The notes beneath the pieces were generated by a model, which did no database searches, had not been told where the DNA came from, and saw only the letters and a program-made list of their open reading frames with translations. Positions 36,781 to 47,788 of a stretch of 64,000 bases of DNA are shown one piece after another (position 1 is the stretch's first letter; every line of letters begins with the position of its first letter). This DNA comes from an uncultured virus (IMG/VR IMGVR_UViG_3300011339_000610) (Duplodnaviria; Heunggongvirae; Uroviricota; Caudoviricetes). The position numbers and the translations under genes were made by a program. The stretch lies in IMG/VR virus record IMGVR_UViG_3300011339_000610; one strand, given 5' to 3'.

Positions 36781-37048
36781 CAGCACATGGATAGCAATTC
36801 AATAACACTATACAGAATAGTAGATACTAAAGGCAAGCAAATAGAGGGTAACCTTGAAAGCCATACCAAAGCAGAGCAGATGATTGCCTTATTCGAGCTG
36901 CTTGACAAACGTGAGAACCGTTATATTAAAGACTTCTATTCAATTCAACAACAATAAAATTATGTTCTTCCTACTAGCACTTGCACACTTACTCAGAATA
37001 GCAGTATGGGTATTCAATAAATTATCAAACGAATAAAACAACACAATT

Positions 37049-37258
37049 ATGACAGACTTTGAGACTATCAACAGCGAATTAAATGTTCTAAGAGTTACAG
37101 CCTTACAAGGTTATGTAAAAGAAGAGTTTGACAAGGAGACAATGTTATACGCTAAGTATGATGTTATTAACTTTGCCAAGCAATTACATCTAGGCTTTGA
37201 CTTTATCAACGAATTGCTAGAAGAGTACAATAGGCTAGCACAATTCAGTAAGATATAA
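37049..37258 (+). CDS. early hypothetical protein
   Basis: ORF in operon. Confidence 0.65.
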   Translation: MTDFETINSELNVLRVTALQGYVKEEFDKETMLYAKYDVINFAKQLHLGFDFINELLEEYNRLAQFSKI

Positions 37259-37452
37259 ACATTGTACTATTTTATATTCACCATTAATTAACACTACTAT
37301 GTACGGAAACGCAACCATGGAACAGATAAAACGTGCTAAAGAAAGCATCGCATCTGAATTGAAACTTAAGGTAAAGACTGTAATGCCTGACAAGGTATAC
37401 ACACCTGAGGAGATTGGTAGAAATATTGTTACACAATTAAAACAATCAGAAC

Positions 37453-37827
37453 ATGAGTAACATGATAATTAGAGATGGCAAGTTCTACAAGAACAATGTA
37501 GAAGTAAAGCCTGAGTTTGGCAACATGGAACAGATACGGGCAATCAGAGAGGCTGAACGAAAGGCATCAGAGAAACGGATAGAAGCTAAAATAATCCAAG
37601 AAGAAAAAACATATCACTATGCCACTATTGAGTTTACTTGTCCTGATTGCCAGAAATATAACCGAGTAGAAGTATTTGAAGATGACCCTTCTGATTGGAT
37701 TATTCACAATGTTGATGTTAATAACATTGATATAAGTTGCTCGCATTGTGATGCTGACTTTACAATTGAGGCAGATAAAGGCAAAGGCAACATGGGAATA
37801 TCATTAATATATGACCAACAAGATTAA
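37453..37827 (+). CDS. zinc-finger hypothetical protein
   Basis: CPDC...CSHC. Confidence 0.7.
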   Translation: MSNMIIRDGKFYKNNVEVKPEFGNMEQIRAIREAERKASEKRIEAKIIQEEKTYHYATIEFTCPDCQKYNRVEVFEDDPSDWIIHNVDVNNIDISCSHCDADFTIEADKGKGNMGISLIYDQQD

Positions 37828-37831
37828 AACT

Positions 37832-38074
37832 ATGAAAGTTAAACGCAAGACAACCGAGTTCGCATTGATTCAGTGCGACCTCGGCAGTAACCATTACATA
37901 TTAGATTTAAACACGCAAGAGAAAAGTCCTTTCTTTGGGCAGTCATCAGAGCTATGGAAACGAATGCGATACCATACCTTAACAAGTGTTGGCGAGTTCA
38001 ACAACCTTGCAAGGGAATGCATTAAAACGAAAGAAACAGATTTGATGATAGTGAAAAGAAACGCAGACGCTTAA
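37832..38074 (+). CDS. early hypothetical protein
   Basis: ORF in operon. Confidence 0.6.
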   Translation: MKVKRKTTEFALIQCDLGSNHYILDLNTQEKSPFFGQSSELWKRMRYHTLTSVGEFNNLARECIKTKETDLMIVKRNADA

Positions 38075-38084
38075 TTTTAAAATT

Positions 38085-38294
38085 ATGAAAATAGAAAACT
38101 TTGATATTGAGTATAAAATAGGTGACCTTGTTTACCTTGTAACAGATGTAGAGCAGTACGCAAGGATGATTACAGGCATTGGCTTGCGTGCTAATAACAA
38201 TGTAACTTACTGCTTGGCATTTGGGGCTATCGAAAGTTGGCATTACCCAATTGAAATAACCGTAGAGAAAGACTTTAGAAGCTACTTAATTTAA
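38085..38294 (+). CDS. hypothetical protein (SH3-like)
   Basis: IGD.VYL.TD.EQ..RMITG. Confidence 0.7.
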   Translation: MKIENFDIEYKIGDLVYLVTDVEQYARMITGIGLRANNNVTYCLAFGAIESWHYPIEITVEKDFRSYLI

Positions 38295-38300
38295 AATAAA

Positions 38301-38477
38301 ATGGAAAAGAAATATGTAGTAAAAGATTTTGAGTCTCAAACATATTATTGTGGTGAACCCTATGGCTGGAGAAAGGAAACGTTTCTAGCTGATTACTTTG
38401 ACACAATCGAAGATGCCGAAAGGTTTATTGACCGAGAAAATGGTAAGTTTGTAGTTGAATTGGTGTATGTCGTTTAG
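38301..38477 (+). CDS. hypothetical protein (58 aa)
   Basis: MEKKYVVKDFES...; last early gene before the convergent lysis genes. Confidence 0.65.
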   Translation: MEKKYVVKDFESQTYYCGEPYGWRKETFLADYFDTIEDAERFIDRENGKFVVELVYVV

Positions 38478-38504
38478 CAATGGCACATAACAGTCCTATT
38501 GCGG

Positions 38505-39062
38505 CTAAAGTAGTAACCCGATAATGATTCCTATTAATCCACTTGACACGGCAGCCCTAATCAAATTGGTTTTGGCTGCTTTCTTATGCTCCTTCATGCT
38601 CTTTTGCTGTGAGGTTATGATTAGGCTATCTGCTGCAATTACGTGCTTTAAATGAGTTGTAATAGTATCTTTGACAGCTGACTGCATTATACATGACTCG
38701 TAAGCCATAGCAAGCACATTGACGCTGTCTACACCGTACAGCGAAAGTATAGCACCAGTATCTGTTGGTAGTGCAAAGCTATCTATGCGTGTAATAAGTT
38801 TTATGCGCTCTTTGGGTGACATCTTCGCATACTTATTAATCCTATTGGTTAAAGCCATGCGTTCAGCCTGAATAGTTTCATTCAACACATCTACGCTGTC
38901 TAGTATTAATAACCTTTCAACCTCTACTATTGCAAGTTTATTGTCAAGTGTGGTAACCTCGGCATAATGTATCTTGTCATGGTTACATCTGTCTATTACT
39001 AGCAATGCAATGAATGCGGTAAGCATCATCACGAATATGTCCTTGTAGCGTGTTGTTGTCAT
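38505..39062 (-). CDS. putative spanin-like lysis protein
   Basis: N-terminal TM ending DRC, coiled coil, C-terminal TM; follows the endolysin. Confidence 0.55.
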   Translation of the reverse strand: MTTTRYKDIFVMMLTAFIALLVIDRCNHDKIHYAEVTTLDNKLAIVEVERLLILDSVDVLNETIQAERMALTNRINKYAKMSPKERIKLITRIDSFALPTDTGAILSLYGVDSVNVLAMAYESCIMQSAVKDTITTHLKHVIAADSLIITSQQKSMKEHKKAAKTNLIRAAVSSGLIGIIIGLLL

Positions 39063-39457
39063 TATTCTATAATTAAAAATATCTTTTCTTTCTTCTCTAC
39101 TTTTTTAAGGACTGCCATCAATTGGCGAAATGCATCTCGGCTATTTCCCAAGAAGCCATCATTCCCACTTTCAAATCCCACCAAAACACACCCCTCGGTC
39201 TGTTCCTTAGTATTGCCTGAATGAATGCGTACACCTTCAAAGTTAGGTACGTTCAACAGCAATGGCATGTAGGTCTTAAACCTATTACTCATGTTAAGGA
39301 TAATCTCATACTTACCTCTGGCAATTGCCGTCTCCCCTTTTATTTTAACCTCACGCTCTGCATCTTCCAATGTAAAGCACTTGAAGTCATGGCCCTCTAT
39401 TGTAAGTGAGCCATGCGTGTATGCCGTCTTAGGTGTACGTTTAATTTTAATTATCAT
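39062..39457 (-). CDS. endolysin, DUF5675 (L,D-transpeptidase-like)
   Basis: TLED...K..GETAI..G.Y, VPNF.G.RIH.GN....T.GC.LVG, SR.AF. Confidence 0.85.
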   Translation of the reverse strand: MIIKIKRTPKTAYTHGSLTIEGHDFKCFTLEDAEREVKIKGETAIARGKYEIILNMSNRFKTYMPLLLNVPNFEGVRIHSGNTKEQTEGCVLVGFESGNDGFLGNSRDAFRQLMAVLKKVEKKEKIFLIIE

Positions 39458-39911
39458 CAGATGGTTTGTTCTTATGCTTGTCTATCTTAGATAGAATCTC
39501 TACAAGCAATGCATTGTTTATCACCCCTAACAGTTGTAAGTTCTTTAGTATTGATACCACTTGGAATACAAGTACAGGCATCATAACAGCCTCGCTTAAC
39601 CAAAATGCACTAGGGAATCCTTGTTCTACCTTAAGCACCATGGCTAATAAAACAAAGTACGTAGTGAAGTAGTAAACTATCTTTAACGCCTTCTGCGTCT
39701 CGAACTTATTATTCTTTACAGCAAGTGTAACTCCTACCACGAAATCAATAACAATCACCCATGTGATGGCTTCGAATGCACTTGAGTTATCAATTACTAA
39801 TATCTTAAAATATCCAAATGTCGCAGCTAAGAATGCGGCACAAAAGCCAATAATAAAATCTGATACGCTTCGTATATGGGTTATGCTTAGTATTAATTCT
39901 TTAAAGGCCAT
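39447..39911 (-). CDS. holin
   Basis: 3-4 TM segments, DF..GV and SILKNL..LG motifs; adjacent to the endolysin. Confidence 0.8.
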   Translation of the reverse strand: MAFKELILSITHIRSVSDFIIGFCAAFLAATFGYFKILVIDNSSAFEAITWVIVIDFVVGVTLAVKNNKFETQKALKIVYYFTTYFVLLAMVLKVEQGFPSAFWLSEAVMMPVLVFQVVSILKNLQLLGVINNALLVEILSKIDKHKNKPSDDN

Positions 39912-39925
39912 ACTCTATACTCGTG

Positions 39926-40135
39926 TTAAATTGGTTCTACTGCTGGTGGTACATACTCTGCTTCAGGTAAATCTTTTACCCACATAAACTTTTCGTTTAC
40001 GCAGCCTTCTACTTCGCCTGAGAAAATAAAAAATACCCCATCAATATCGGGTACGGGATTAAAGTATTCGTCAGGTGCAAACTGTTGCCCTACCAATGAA
40101 TCTCGTTGCTTTATTGTTAATTTATAACCTATCAT
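39926..40135 (-). CDS. small fibre-associated protein/chaperone
   Basis: MIGYKLT start; positional counterpart of 47789..48034. Confidence 0.6.
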   Translation of the reverse strand: MIGYKLTIKQRDSLVGQQFAPDEYFNPVPDIDGVFFIFSGEVEGCVNEKFMWVKDLPEAEYVPPAVEPI

Positions 40136-40139
40136 AATT

Positions 40140-41495
40140 TTAAGGATTTTGGCGACCTAAAGTTGTTTGGAATGTTTGTGTTAAGTTGTATAGATTAGTT
40201 ATCTCAGTTGCGTTTAATCCATCAGAAATATAAGCGAATGCACATTCATATGAATTAAATCCACTAGCAGATGAAAACGCATTAACTGCAGCTAAATATA
40301 AACTGATACTTGTTGGTGTGCCACCACTTGTTGATATACTACCTGCACTTACAGCATTTCTATATATGGTTGATGAAGTACTTCCAGTTCTTGAAACTTG
40401 TAAAAATGCTTTATAATTAGTTATATTTTTTATAATTCTACCACCTGATGTATCATAACAATCATAAACTATTGTATTTGGCCCTCCTGCATTTGCTACA
40501 AACTGCATAGATTGTGATGCGCCTTGATAAGACGCTATAAATTGTCCAGATGTAGAAGTATCTGTATTTCTTGAATAATAACCTAATGATAAACTATTTA
40601 AAGTTGTATTCGTACTTGGTATAATAAATGTATCAGCGTAAGCATTTGTTCCATTTGGTTTTGCCCCTGTAATAGAGTGCGTCCATGTTCCTGCAAATGC
40701 TAATCTAAATGCAGCATTAGTGTCAGCAGCATTCATAAAGTTAAACTTATGAGTGCTTGCTGTGCCCCCAACGAATGGATACAATGCCTTCATTTTGGTA
40801 TCTAACGAATTAGATATTAACCCAATGTCAAATGTATTTAATGCTGATTTTATTATAGTATCACTTATTGCTGATGCTACCAAGAATGAATTAGTTCTAG
40901 CTGTAACTATTTGTGTTAGCGTATTGCTATCTACACTTGCTGTACCTGCTCCATTAGTTCCTGTTACTGTACATTTTATAGTAGTAGTATTGCCAGCATC
41001 CGCTTGAACTAGTGTGTATGTGCTTGAGTTTGTTCCAATAGGAGTTACTCCCCTATACCATTGGTAACTGAATGATGGACTATTAGTCCATGTACCGTTT
41101 GTAGTTGTTAATGTTTGTCCTACTGCTTGCGTTCCACTTACTACAGGTGCTACCGTATTCACAGGCGTGTAATTGCCCATAGTCAAGGTATTGCTTGTTG
41201 AATTAGCCGTACCTGCACTATTCGTAGCCGTAACTACGCAAGTTATGTTTGCCAAGCTATCCGCTACAACTGTAACATATGTGCTACTTGTTGCTCCCCC
41301 TATAGGGCTTGCACCCCTTCGCCATTGATATGTGAAAGTAGGAATAGGTATACCTGTCCAAGTTCCTGTAGTTGATGTTAGCGTGCTGCCTAAAGTTGTG
41401 CTGCCGCTAATTACAGGAGCTACTACAACAGCAGGAGGTATTGAGCCACCTGATGTAGATTTATTTATTAACCCTATCCCTAATCCTATCTTCAT
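40140..41495 (-). CDS. receptor-binding/fibre protein with two Ig-like repeats and a lectin-like C-terminal domain
   Basis: AP.ISG...G.TLT.T.GTW...YQW.RG...Y...D....I.C.VT.TN.AG twice; ALYPFVGGTA..HKFN domain. Confidence 0.7.
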   Translation of the reverse strand: MKIGLGIGLINKSTSGGSIPPAVVVAPVISGSTTLGSTLTSTTGTWTGIPIPTFTYQWRRGASPIGGATSSTYVTVVADSLANITCVVTATNSAGTANSTSNTLTMGNYTPVNTVAPVVSGTQAVGQTLTTTNGTWTNSPSFSYQWYRGVTPIGTNSSTYTLVQADAGNTTTIKCTVTGTNGAGTASVDSNTLTQIVTARTNSFLVASAISDTIIKSALNTFDIGLISNSLDTKMKALYPFVGGTASTHKFNFMNAADTNAAFRLAFAGTWTHSITGAKPNGTNAYADTFIIPSTNTTLNSLSLGYYSRNTDTSTSGQFIASYQGASQSMQFVANAGGPNTIVYDCYDTSGGRIIKNITNYKAFLQVSRTGSTSSTIYRNAVSAGSISTSGGTPTSISLYLAAVNAFSSASGFNSYECAFAYISDGLNATEITNLYNLTQTFQTTLGRQNP

Positions 41496-41498
41496 ATG

Positions 41499-41819
41499 CT
41501 ATTTCATGAAGGCATCAATAGTAACACCCTTGTAAACAATAATCTTACCGCTTGTAAGTTTTATTGTAGCTAAAGGAAACTTTAATTCGTCACCATCTTT
41601 GATAATGTACGTTGCTAAAACTGTGTTGCCATTTATATCAGTAGCTGTGTTTATTACTGCATCGCCATTCATTGCCTTAACAGCATAGAAGAAACTACCT
41701 GAAGGAGCTGTGTACGTTGCTGTATCCGCTACGATTAAAGGAACTTGCTCATATCCTAACCCCATTTGTAGGGTCTTGACTAGTAGTCTTATTTGCTGTT
41801 CGAGATTGTAACTTTGCAT
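41499..41819 (-). CDS. adapter protein, paralog of the N-terminus of 48021..49421
   Basis: NLE.QIR.L.K..Q..LGYEQVP.I.ADT...VKAMNGDAVI..AT.I.GN...IKDGDE shared. Confidence 0.8.
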   Translation of the reverse strand: MQSYNLEQQIRLLVKTLQMGLGYEQVPLIVADTATYTAPSGSFFYAVKAMNGDAVINTATDINGNTVLATYIIKDGDELKFPLATIKLTSGKIIVYKGVTIDAFMK

Positions 41820-41874
41820 AATATCTTTATTTCTACAAATATAAGTTATTTAGATTAATTCTAATTAATAAATT

Positions 41875-44800
41875 TTACCTAGGCATACGTGGTCTGTAAT
41901 ACATCTTAGCTACTGCATCTAGTATAGTAATGTCGTTAGCTGAGACTATTTTAAAGGTCATGTATTCACCCGTTATTTGGTCTCCATTAAGAGCAGGCTC
42001 AACAGCTGTGAATATGTTACCATTCTTTTGCTCGAAGTCTACTGATGTACTCTCCTGAGTTTTGGTAGCAAAATCTACAGTTGGGAAAGTTGTTTGGTCT
42101 TCCCCAGTGTTCAATCCTATGCTTAGGAATCTCTTGGTTGTATTTTGTACTTTGTTTACAACAGGTTGTACGTAGAAGTCAATACCTAGTCCATCAAAGT
42201 AAGTGTCTGTACCATTGTTTAGCTCGTATACTTTACCCCATGCACTCTTTACATTAGGTACTAGCAATTCATTGTTGTATTGGAAGTATCTGTTTGGCAA
42301 AGCACCGCTTAGTGTCGTAAATGTATTTAGCTTCTCATTAAATAGTATACTAAATATTGAATAGTAATCACCGTCTGATAATGGTATTTGTTCCCAATAA
42401 TCAGGATTTGTTAATGGATATTTATTAGCAGACATGCTTTGTGTAGCTCTGAAGAATAAAGGGTATCCATAAAAACTAACACCCACTAATGATACTACCA
42501 TACCTTCGGTATAATCACTTTCAAAACTCCACTCTGGTACTAAATTGTTATAAGCATTAGCTGATATCCATAAGTTATCCCTCTTAGTATCAAAGCCCAT
42601 TATTAAATCAAACTCATTTGCTAAGAACTTTGTGCGTGTTAAAAAGAAGTTACGCATAAAGGCATTGTCTGACAAGCACTGTATGCCATCTCTACCATAC
42701 CTAAATACTTTCTTGGTTACCTCGCTGAACCAATACAAACTTGCATTACCGTTCTTGTTAAATCCTCGGAATGAATTAGTCTGTATGTTTGTTCCATAAG
42801 TACCAACAATACTTTCTCTTTGTGCGTACACTCCACCATTCCCAATGTATATCTCTGCACCCGCATCTGACTTTAACAATACGTCAGTTTGATATGGCAA
42901 CACAGATACCGCAAACTTCTGAATAGCTATCATTGTATCGTTAATATCGTACAATGCACTTATCTGCCCGTTCTTGCCGTCTAAATCTTTAAAGTCTAGT
43001 GGTGCAATATCCCTGAAACTATCATAGCTACTACCTGTTGGTCGTTGTGCTGTGTAGTATATTCTTGTCGGGAACTTAGTTTGTATCTTTAACTTATCAT
43101 TGTAAGGCTTACTGCGTGTTAGTTTATTTGTTTGTTGGCTGTAACCTTCATCAATTAAATAAAACTCTTCATTGTCATCATCCAAGTATTGTGATATACT
43201 TTCTGCATCAGCAGGGAATAATACGCAACCTGCCTCAGAAGTCCTACGCATCTGTGTATTGTACCTATTCTGAGTATAGAAAGAAATAAAACTTTCGTAC
43301 TTAGTAGCGGTTTCTATGTTAACAGTGCCTGGAGCAGCGGATGAATATAGTAATCTTAAATAGTTTTTTTGCACGTAAGTGTCTCCACCAAATACATCAA
43401 TATTATAAATCAATCCACCATCGGAATCAGTTAAATTATAATAAGAATTAGTATCAACTACGTTAATGTTTTCTACATCTAAGGTGTTACTCGCTCTATA
43501 ATAATACCCTAAATAAACTCCATAGTCTTGTCCTACCCTTGCAGCTACAGTTGCCTGTGGGTCAAAGAAAGACACCCCTAAAGCAGCCGTATCCATAGAT
43601 GGCCTAAAAGTATCAACTTTATTTAATACTAATTTAGTGGGATTTGAAAGACCTGATAATGTATTGTAAATATATCTATCACTTGTTTCCCTAAATGGAG
43701 TAAATACAGCATCTTCAAGTATAGCGGGTGAGTTATTTGCTGCTTGGGTTGCTCTAGGGCAATAGCCCGTAAATTCCACGAAACTACCCAGCCTTAGACC
43801 TATTGATGATGCAACATTATTATTAGCTGATGCTGGGAATATTGTTGGCTGTCCCGCCATATACATTTTATCGCCTGTTTGAAATCTAACTAACTCACCA
43901 TCTCTTACAATATTGTCAGGTGCTATAAATCCTGAGTATCTTCTTACGGGGTTAAACGATGTTGGGAATGCAGAGCCGTATAAAGCACCTGTTGGATTAG
44001 ACGCATAAAATCCTGCATAATATCCCTCAGCTGCAATTTGATTTGCCATTAAGTTAATACCACAAGCAATTACTTTGGGGTTAGTTATATCTCCTCTCCA
44101 AAAACTAAATCCTACTAATTCGTTTCTTATGCTAGTAACATCTATGTCAGTAAATATAGGATGATAAACATATGGATTACCAACACCATCTGTTAATTCT
44201 ACGTCTATACCATAACCAACAACATAAGTATTAAAGTCGCTTGGTTTAATGGTATGTGTGCCTATATAATATGGAGCAGTAGTATAACCGCTCTTCTTGT
44301 GAAATTTAATATAATAAGGGTACTCTTCGTAAAGCATGTACCCCATGTTATTAGCTACGTTTTCTGCCTTTTGATATTCGTTTTCTGCTAATTGCTTACC
44401 AAAGTTAAAGCTATCAACTACTCCCACAACTGATGAAAAGCCACTAGACTGAATGTCCCATTGTGTTTCTCCTTGAACAAACCAATCAGCACGAACCTTT
44501 TCTCCTGCCGCAAGAGTCACTAATAACTCTAGATTTTCTCCAGCAGCAATTCTTTCTGTTGTGCTTCCATTTATAGTGGTTGTTGGAAGAAACCTTCCAC
44601 TCCACAATACTGCCTTTAAAGTATTGTCAGGGTTTAAATGATATACACTTACACTTGCAAAATCTAGTGAATTACCTACGCCAAAAATATTTCTAGATGC
44701 ATTACCAGAAATGGTAAAGTTCAATTTAATATTATTTACCCCTGCTGTTGATACATCTGCTGCGTAAACTCCAGTAGTGGTATTGAAAGCACTATAAGGA

Positions 44801-46443
44801 TTGCTATTAATGGTATATGGTACGGCTGTAAAAAAAGTAGAACTCGCAGTCAGGGGGTCACTTCCTCCTGTTTTTGGTGTTACCTTGTAATTTGAAACTT
44901 GAAACGCTTGTAAATTTGAATTACCAGAAAAAAGTTCTCCTACTCTTGATATAACTTTCCTGCCGCTTTTAATTGTTATTTTACTAGCTATTTCTGAGTA
45001 AGCATCAACGTCTCCGTCTATCTGTACGTTAGCTATATTGTATCTGTTCTTTTTAATTTCATTTGTTTTGCCTGTTAATATTACAGGCTTAACATTTACA
45101 ATTGCAGCAGGGTCAAATGGTGTTGAGCCTAACTCATTACCACTGTGTATTATTTCTGTAGTCTCTGCTATAATATCATATCTATCTACAAGTGTTGCAC
45201 TTGTGCCGCCTCCCTCATACTCTACACAAACTAATTCTAAAAAGTTAAACACATCTGCCATGCAGTTGGTTACCTTCAATACTATTTGCTTGGTGGTTGT
45301 CTCAGGAGTTATATCTCCTTTTATCTTAACCGCATTCCTTGGGGCTTGATTGTCTGCTTTATAAACAATGGTGTACTCGCCTATGTCATTGAATGGTGTT
45401 GTGTTTTCTATACCATTTACGCCAAACCTTACGTAATATCTTTTACCACCACTTTTTAACGAGCCGCCTGTAGCTATTTGTCTATCAACGACTACAAGTG
45501 CTTTGTTGTTAAATATCTGTAAGTTAGTCTGTACATCTACGTTATTAAGATTGTACGTGCCTAGCTTGTTTAAGTAAACGCCATCATTGCTGCCAACGCT
45601 TCCCCAATAGTATCTAAATACGGATAATGTTAAGTCATTATTACAATAAAATACTTTTGGTTTGTTAGTGTTGTCTACCCAATACACGCCTATTGTATCA
45701 TTACCTAATACCTCGGCACGCATATCAATCACTTCATCAGTAGGTAAGTTTAATTTTGAGCTACCTAATAATTTTGTGTATGTCCACGCACCATTGATAT
45801 CTCTTACAGCACATCCTATCTCACAATAGAATTGGTCAATAGCCTTGCTTAATACAAACTGCTTATCTCCAACCAATGCACTTGACAATGGCTGCATCTC
45901 TGCGGTGTATCCTATCGGCTCTTGCAAAAGTATAGTTGGCTGTAAAACCCAGTCTAGTGTGCCTGATGGTCTTGTTTCAACCGTAATATTATAACTCGCA
46001 TAGTTATTGATGTCTAATCTAAACGCACCGTTTGCAAATGCACCCGCTTCATACGGAGCACTCGTGAATGGTGTTACACTTGAAATCGTAGGCACTGATT
46101 CAAAGGCTGCTTTTAAATCAATACCAAAAGTATAAAGCCCAAGCGGTGTTACTGGTACATTTAAAATTGCAAACTGATAATATACGAGACCTGATACCGT
46201 TACTTGGTAGTCAGTTGTTGCTGTTGTTATAAATGGGAATCTATACCAGCTATATTGCGGGGTGATATTAGGAATAGTATAACCTAACTTTGTACCTTTC
46301 ATCCTACGAATACCACCTAACGTATTTGTGTCATCAACAAAATGCTCTATGTCGTTGCCATCAATATATCTTTCTGACTTAACTGAACGTAAATCATTGT
46401 CACTATCTAGTCCTCTAAATACAAAGTTTTGATTATCCTGCAT
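41875..46443 (-). CDS. crAss-type muzzle / tail stabilisation protein
   Basis: 1522 aa; GLDSD N-terminus, FGGDTY, G.I..L and FNEKLN.F motifs; follows ring proteins. Confidence 0.75.
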   Translation of the reverse strand: MQDNQNFVFRGLDSDNDLRSVKSERYIDGNDIEHFVDDTNTLGGIRRMKGTKLGYTIPNITPQYSWYRFPFITTATTDYQVTVSGLVYYQFAILNVPVTPLGLYTFGIDLKAAFESVPTISSVTPFTSAPYEAGAFANGAFRLDINNYASYNITVETRPSGTLDWVLQPTILLQEPIGYTAEMQPLSSALVGDKQFVLSKAIDQFYCEIGCAVRDINGAWTYTKLLGSSKLNLPTDEVIDMRAEVLGNDTIGVYWVDNTNKPKVFYCNNDLTLSVFRYYWGSVGSNDGVYLNKLGTYNLNNVDVQTNLQIFNNKALVVVDRQIATGGSLKSGGKRYYVRFGVNGIENTTPFNDIGEYTIVYKADNQAPRNAVKIKGDITPETTTKQIVLKVTNCMADVFNFLELVCVEYEGGGTSATLVDRYDIIAETTEIIHSGNELGSTPFDPAAIVNVKPVILTGKTNEIKKNRYNIANVQIDGDVDAYSEIASKITIKSGRKVISRVGELFSGNSNLQAFQVSNYKVTPKTGGSDPLTASSTFFTAVPYTINSNPYSAFNTTTGVYAADVSTAGVNNIKLNFTISGNASRNIFGVGNSLDFASVSVYHLNPDNTLKAVLWSGRFLPTTTINGSTTERIAAGENLELLVTLAAGEKVRADWFVQGETQWDIQSSGFSSVVGVVDSFNFGKQLAENEYQKAENVANNMGYMLYEEYPYYIKFHKKSGYTTAPYYIGTHTIKPSDFNTYVVGYGIDVELTDGVGNPYVYHPIFTDIDVTSIRNELVGFSFWRGDITNPKVIACGINLMANQIAAEGYYAGFYASNPTGALYGSAFPTSFNPVRRYSGFIAPDNIVRDGELVRFQTGDKMYMAGQPTIFPASANNNVASSIGLRLGSFVEFTGYCPRATQAANNSPAILEDAVFTPFRETSDRYIYNTLSGLSNPTKLVLNKVDTFRPSMDTAALGVSFFDPQATVAARVGQDYGVYLGYYYRASNTLDVENINVVDTNSYYNLTDSDGGLIYNIDVFGGDTYVQKNYLRLLYSSAAPGTVNIETATKYESFISFYTQNRYNTQMRRTSEAGCVLFPADAESISQYLDDDNEEFYLIDEGYSQQTNKLTRSKPYNDKLKIQTKFPTRIYYTAQRPTGSSYDSFRDIAPLDFKDLDGKNGQISALYDINDTMIAIQKFAVSVLPYQTDVLLKSDAGAEIYIGNGGVYAQRESIVGTYGTNIQTNSFRGFNKNGNASLYWFSEVTKKVFRYGRDGIQCLSDNAFMRNFFLTRTKFLANEFDLIMGFDTKRDNLWISANAYNNLVPEWSFESDYTEGMVVSLVGVSFYGYPLFFRATQSMSANKYPLTNPDYWEQIPLSDGDYYSIFSILFNEKLNTFTTLSGALPNRYFQYNNELLVPNVKSAWGKVYELNNGTDTYFDGLGIDFYVQPVVNKVQNTTKRFLSIGLNTGEDQTTFPTVDFATKTQESTSVDFEQKNGNIFTAVEPALNGDQITGEYMTFKIVSANDITILDAVAKMYYRPRMPR

Positions 46444-46447
46444 ATCC

Positions 46448-47122
46448 TTAAATTATTGCGTTCATTCTCCAAGTGTTCAACCTTGTTTCAAGGCTGCTTG
46501 GTAAGTTCTGAATACCTTTAACTGCTTTCTTGTTTAATTTATATTCCATCTCCCATGCACTTCTGATGTCAGCTGGCATTCTCTCAGGGTATACCTGACC
46601 GTACTTCCAACATGCATAAGCTACTAATACGCTATCCATTAATTCAGGGATAACTATTTCTCCATCTTCATCTACATTCGTTCCTAGGTAGCTTATAATG
46701 GCCCTTAGTGATGATATGTCACTTGAGAAATATAAGTACTTGCCGACTTGCGTTACAGTCCCGTATCTTACAAATGGGCCGTATGTAGCTATATCGGGGT
46801 CGTAGCTAAAGAATGTGTTGTCTATAAACTGAGGAACAATCCAAGTACCTTGGTTGTTATTGTCAATTAAACGTATTGGATTTATCTTATCGAACTTTAC
46901 AAAGTCACATGGTAACAGTGCCACCAAGTTTTCTATTTCAATATAAGTTTCCTTCCTTATAAACAAAGAAGGTACACGGCTTTTCTTCAAGCCTTCTACA
47001 ATTACATCTTTTAGTAACAAGTCCTCGCTTGTTGTATCTCGCAACCTTAAACGCATCTTAGCTCCTGCTAATATCGAATCTAATGTGGTTGTTTCAAAAC
47101 TTCCTATGCCTGAGTCTATCAT
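46448..47122 (-). CDS. crAss-type tail ring protein
   Basis: LPCD...ISY.G..VDEDG...IP; synteny before the muzzle. Confidence 0.7.
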   Translation of the reverse strand: MIDSGIGSFETTTLDSILAGAKMRLRLRDTTSEDLLLKDVIVEGLKKSRVPSLFIRKETYIEIENLVALLPCDFVKFDKINPIRLIDNNNQGTWIVPQFIDNTFFSYDPDIATYGPFVRYGTVTQVGKYLYFSSDISSLRAIISYLGTNVDEDGEIVIPELMDSVLVAYACWKYGQVYPERMPADIRSAWEMEYKLNKKAVKGIQNLPSSLETRLNTWRMNAII

Positions 47123-47787
47123 TTAGTATTTGCCTTAATAGGGTTAACGCTTAATGTATCAGCACCGTCTGCCACAGTATCTTGTGCTAATCCCATTTCC
47201 ATTCTTGCTCTTTGTATAAACAAATCTTTCATTATTGCAATCGTAGATTCGTCTATAGGATACTCGCTAGTATACCAATTGAATCCTGGGATATCCATTG
47301 GGTTTGTGAATATCCCTTGTATTTGAAAGCCTTTTAATATCTTGTTACCGTATATCTCTAGTTTATTGCCTGTGTATATGTAAACTATTTCTTTGCCTCT
47401 TAAGAATCCACGCTGCTTTAAATAAGCTACCTCTGTTTTAGTGAATGCTCTTTTAAAGGTTATTGCCTCCTGTGCATTACCAACATATACAAGCCCATCA
47501 GTCTTGTCGTTAATTCTTACTGTGCTTGGAACGTCTATTACAAGGTACTCTGCATTCTTGTCCTGCTCACTTGGCGTGATTGTAAACTCCATTGTTTGCA
47601 ACCATTGGCCACTAATTGTTTTGTTGGCAGCCTGTGTTCTACTACCGTTATACGAGAGTATGATAGCCTCTGCCCTTAACTGCGGCAGTAGCTCCTCTAC
47701 GTATTCACTGTCCCACTTACCATTAGAGGTATTGGTAGCTGCGTTTACGCTTCGTATAAGTTCATCTATAATGTAAGATGTTATCAT
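47119..47787 (-). CDS. crAss-type tail ring protein
   Basis: GIF.NP...YPID motif; synteny. Confidence 0.7.
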   Translation of the reverse strand: MITSYIIDELIRSVNAATNTSNGKWDSEYVEELLPQLRAEAIILSYNGSRTQAANKTISGQWLQTMEFTITPSEQDKNAEYLVIDVPSTVRINDKTDGLVYVGNAQEAITFKRAFTKTEVAYLKQRGFLRGKEIVYIYTGNKLEIYGNKILKGFQIQGIFTNPMDIPGFNWYTSEYPIDESTIAIMKDLFIQRARMEMGLAQDTVADGADTLSVNPIKANTK

Positions 47788-47788
47788 T

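Noticed and set aside
38476..38500. GCACATAAC as an attC-like cassette boundary
   Set aside because: Single occurrence with no partner GTTA arm or integrase.
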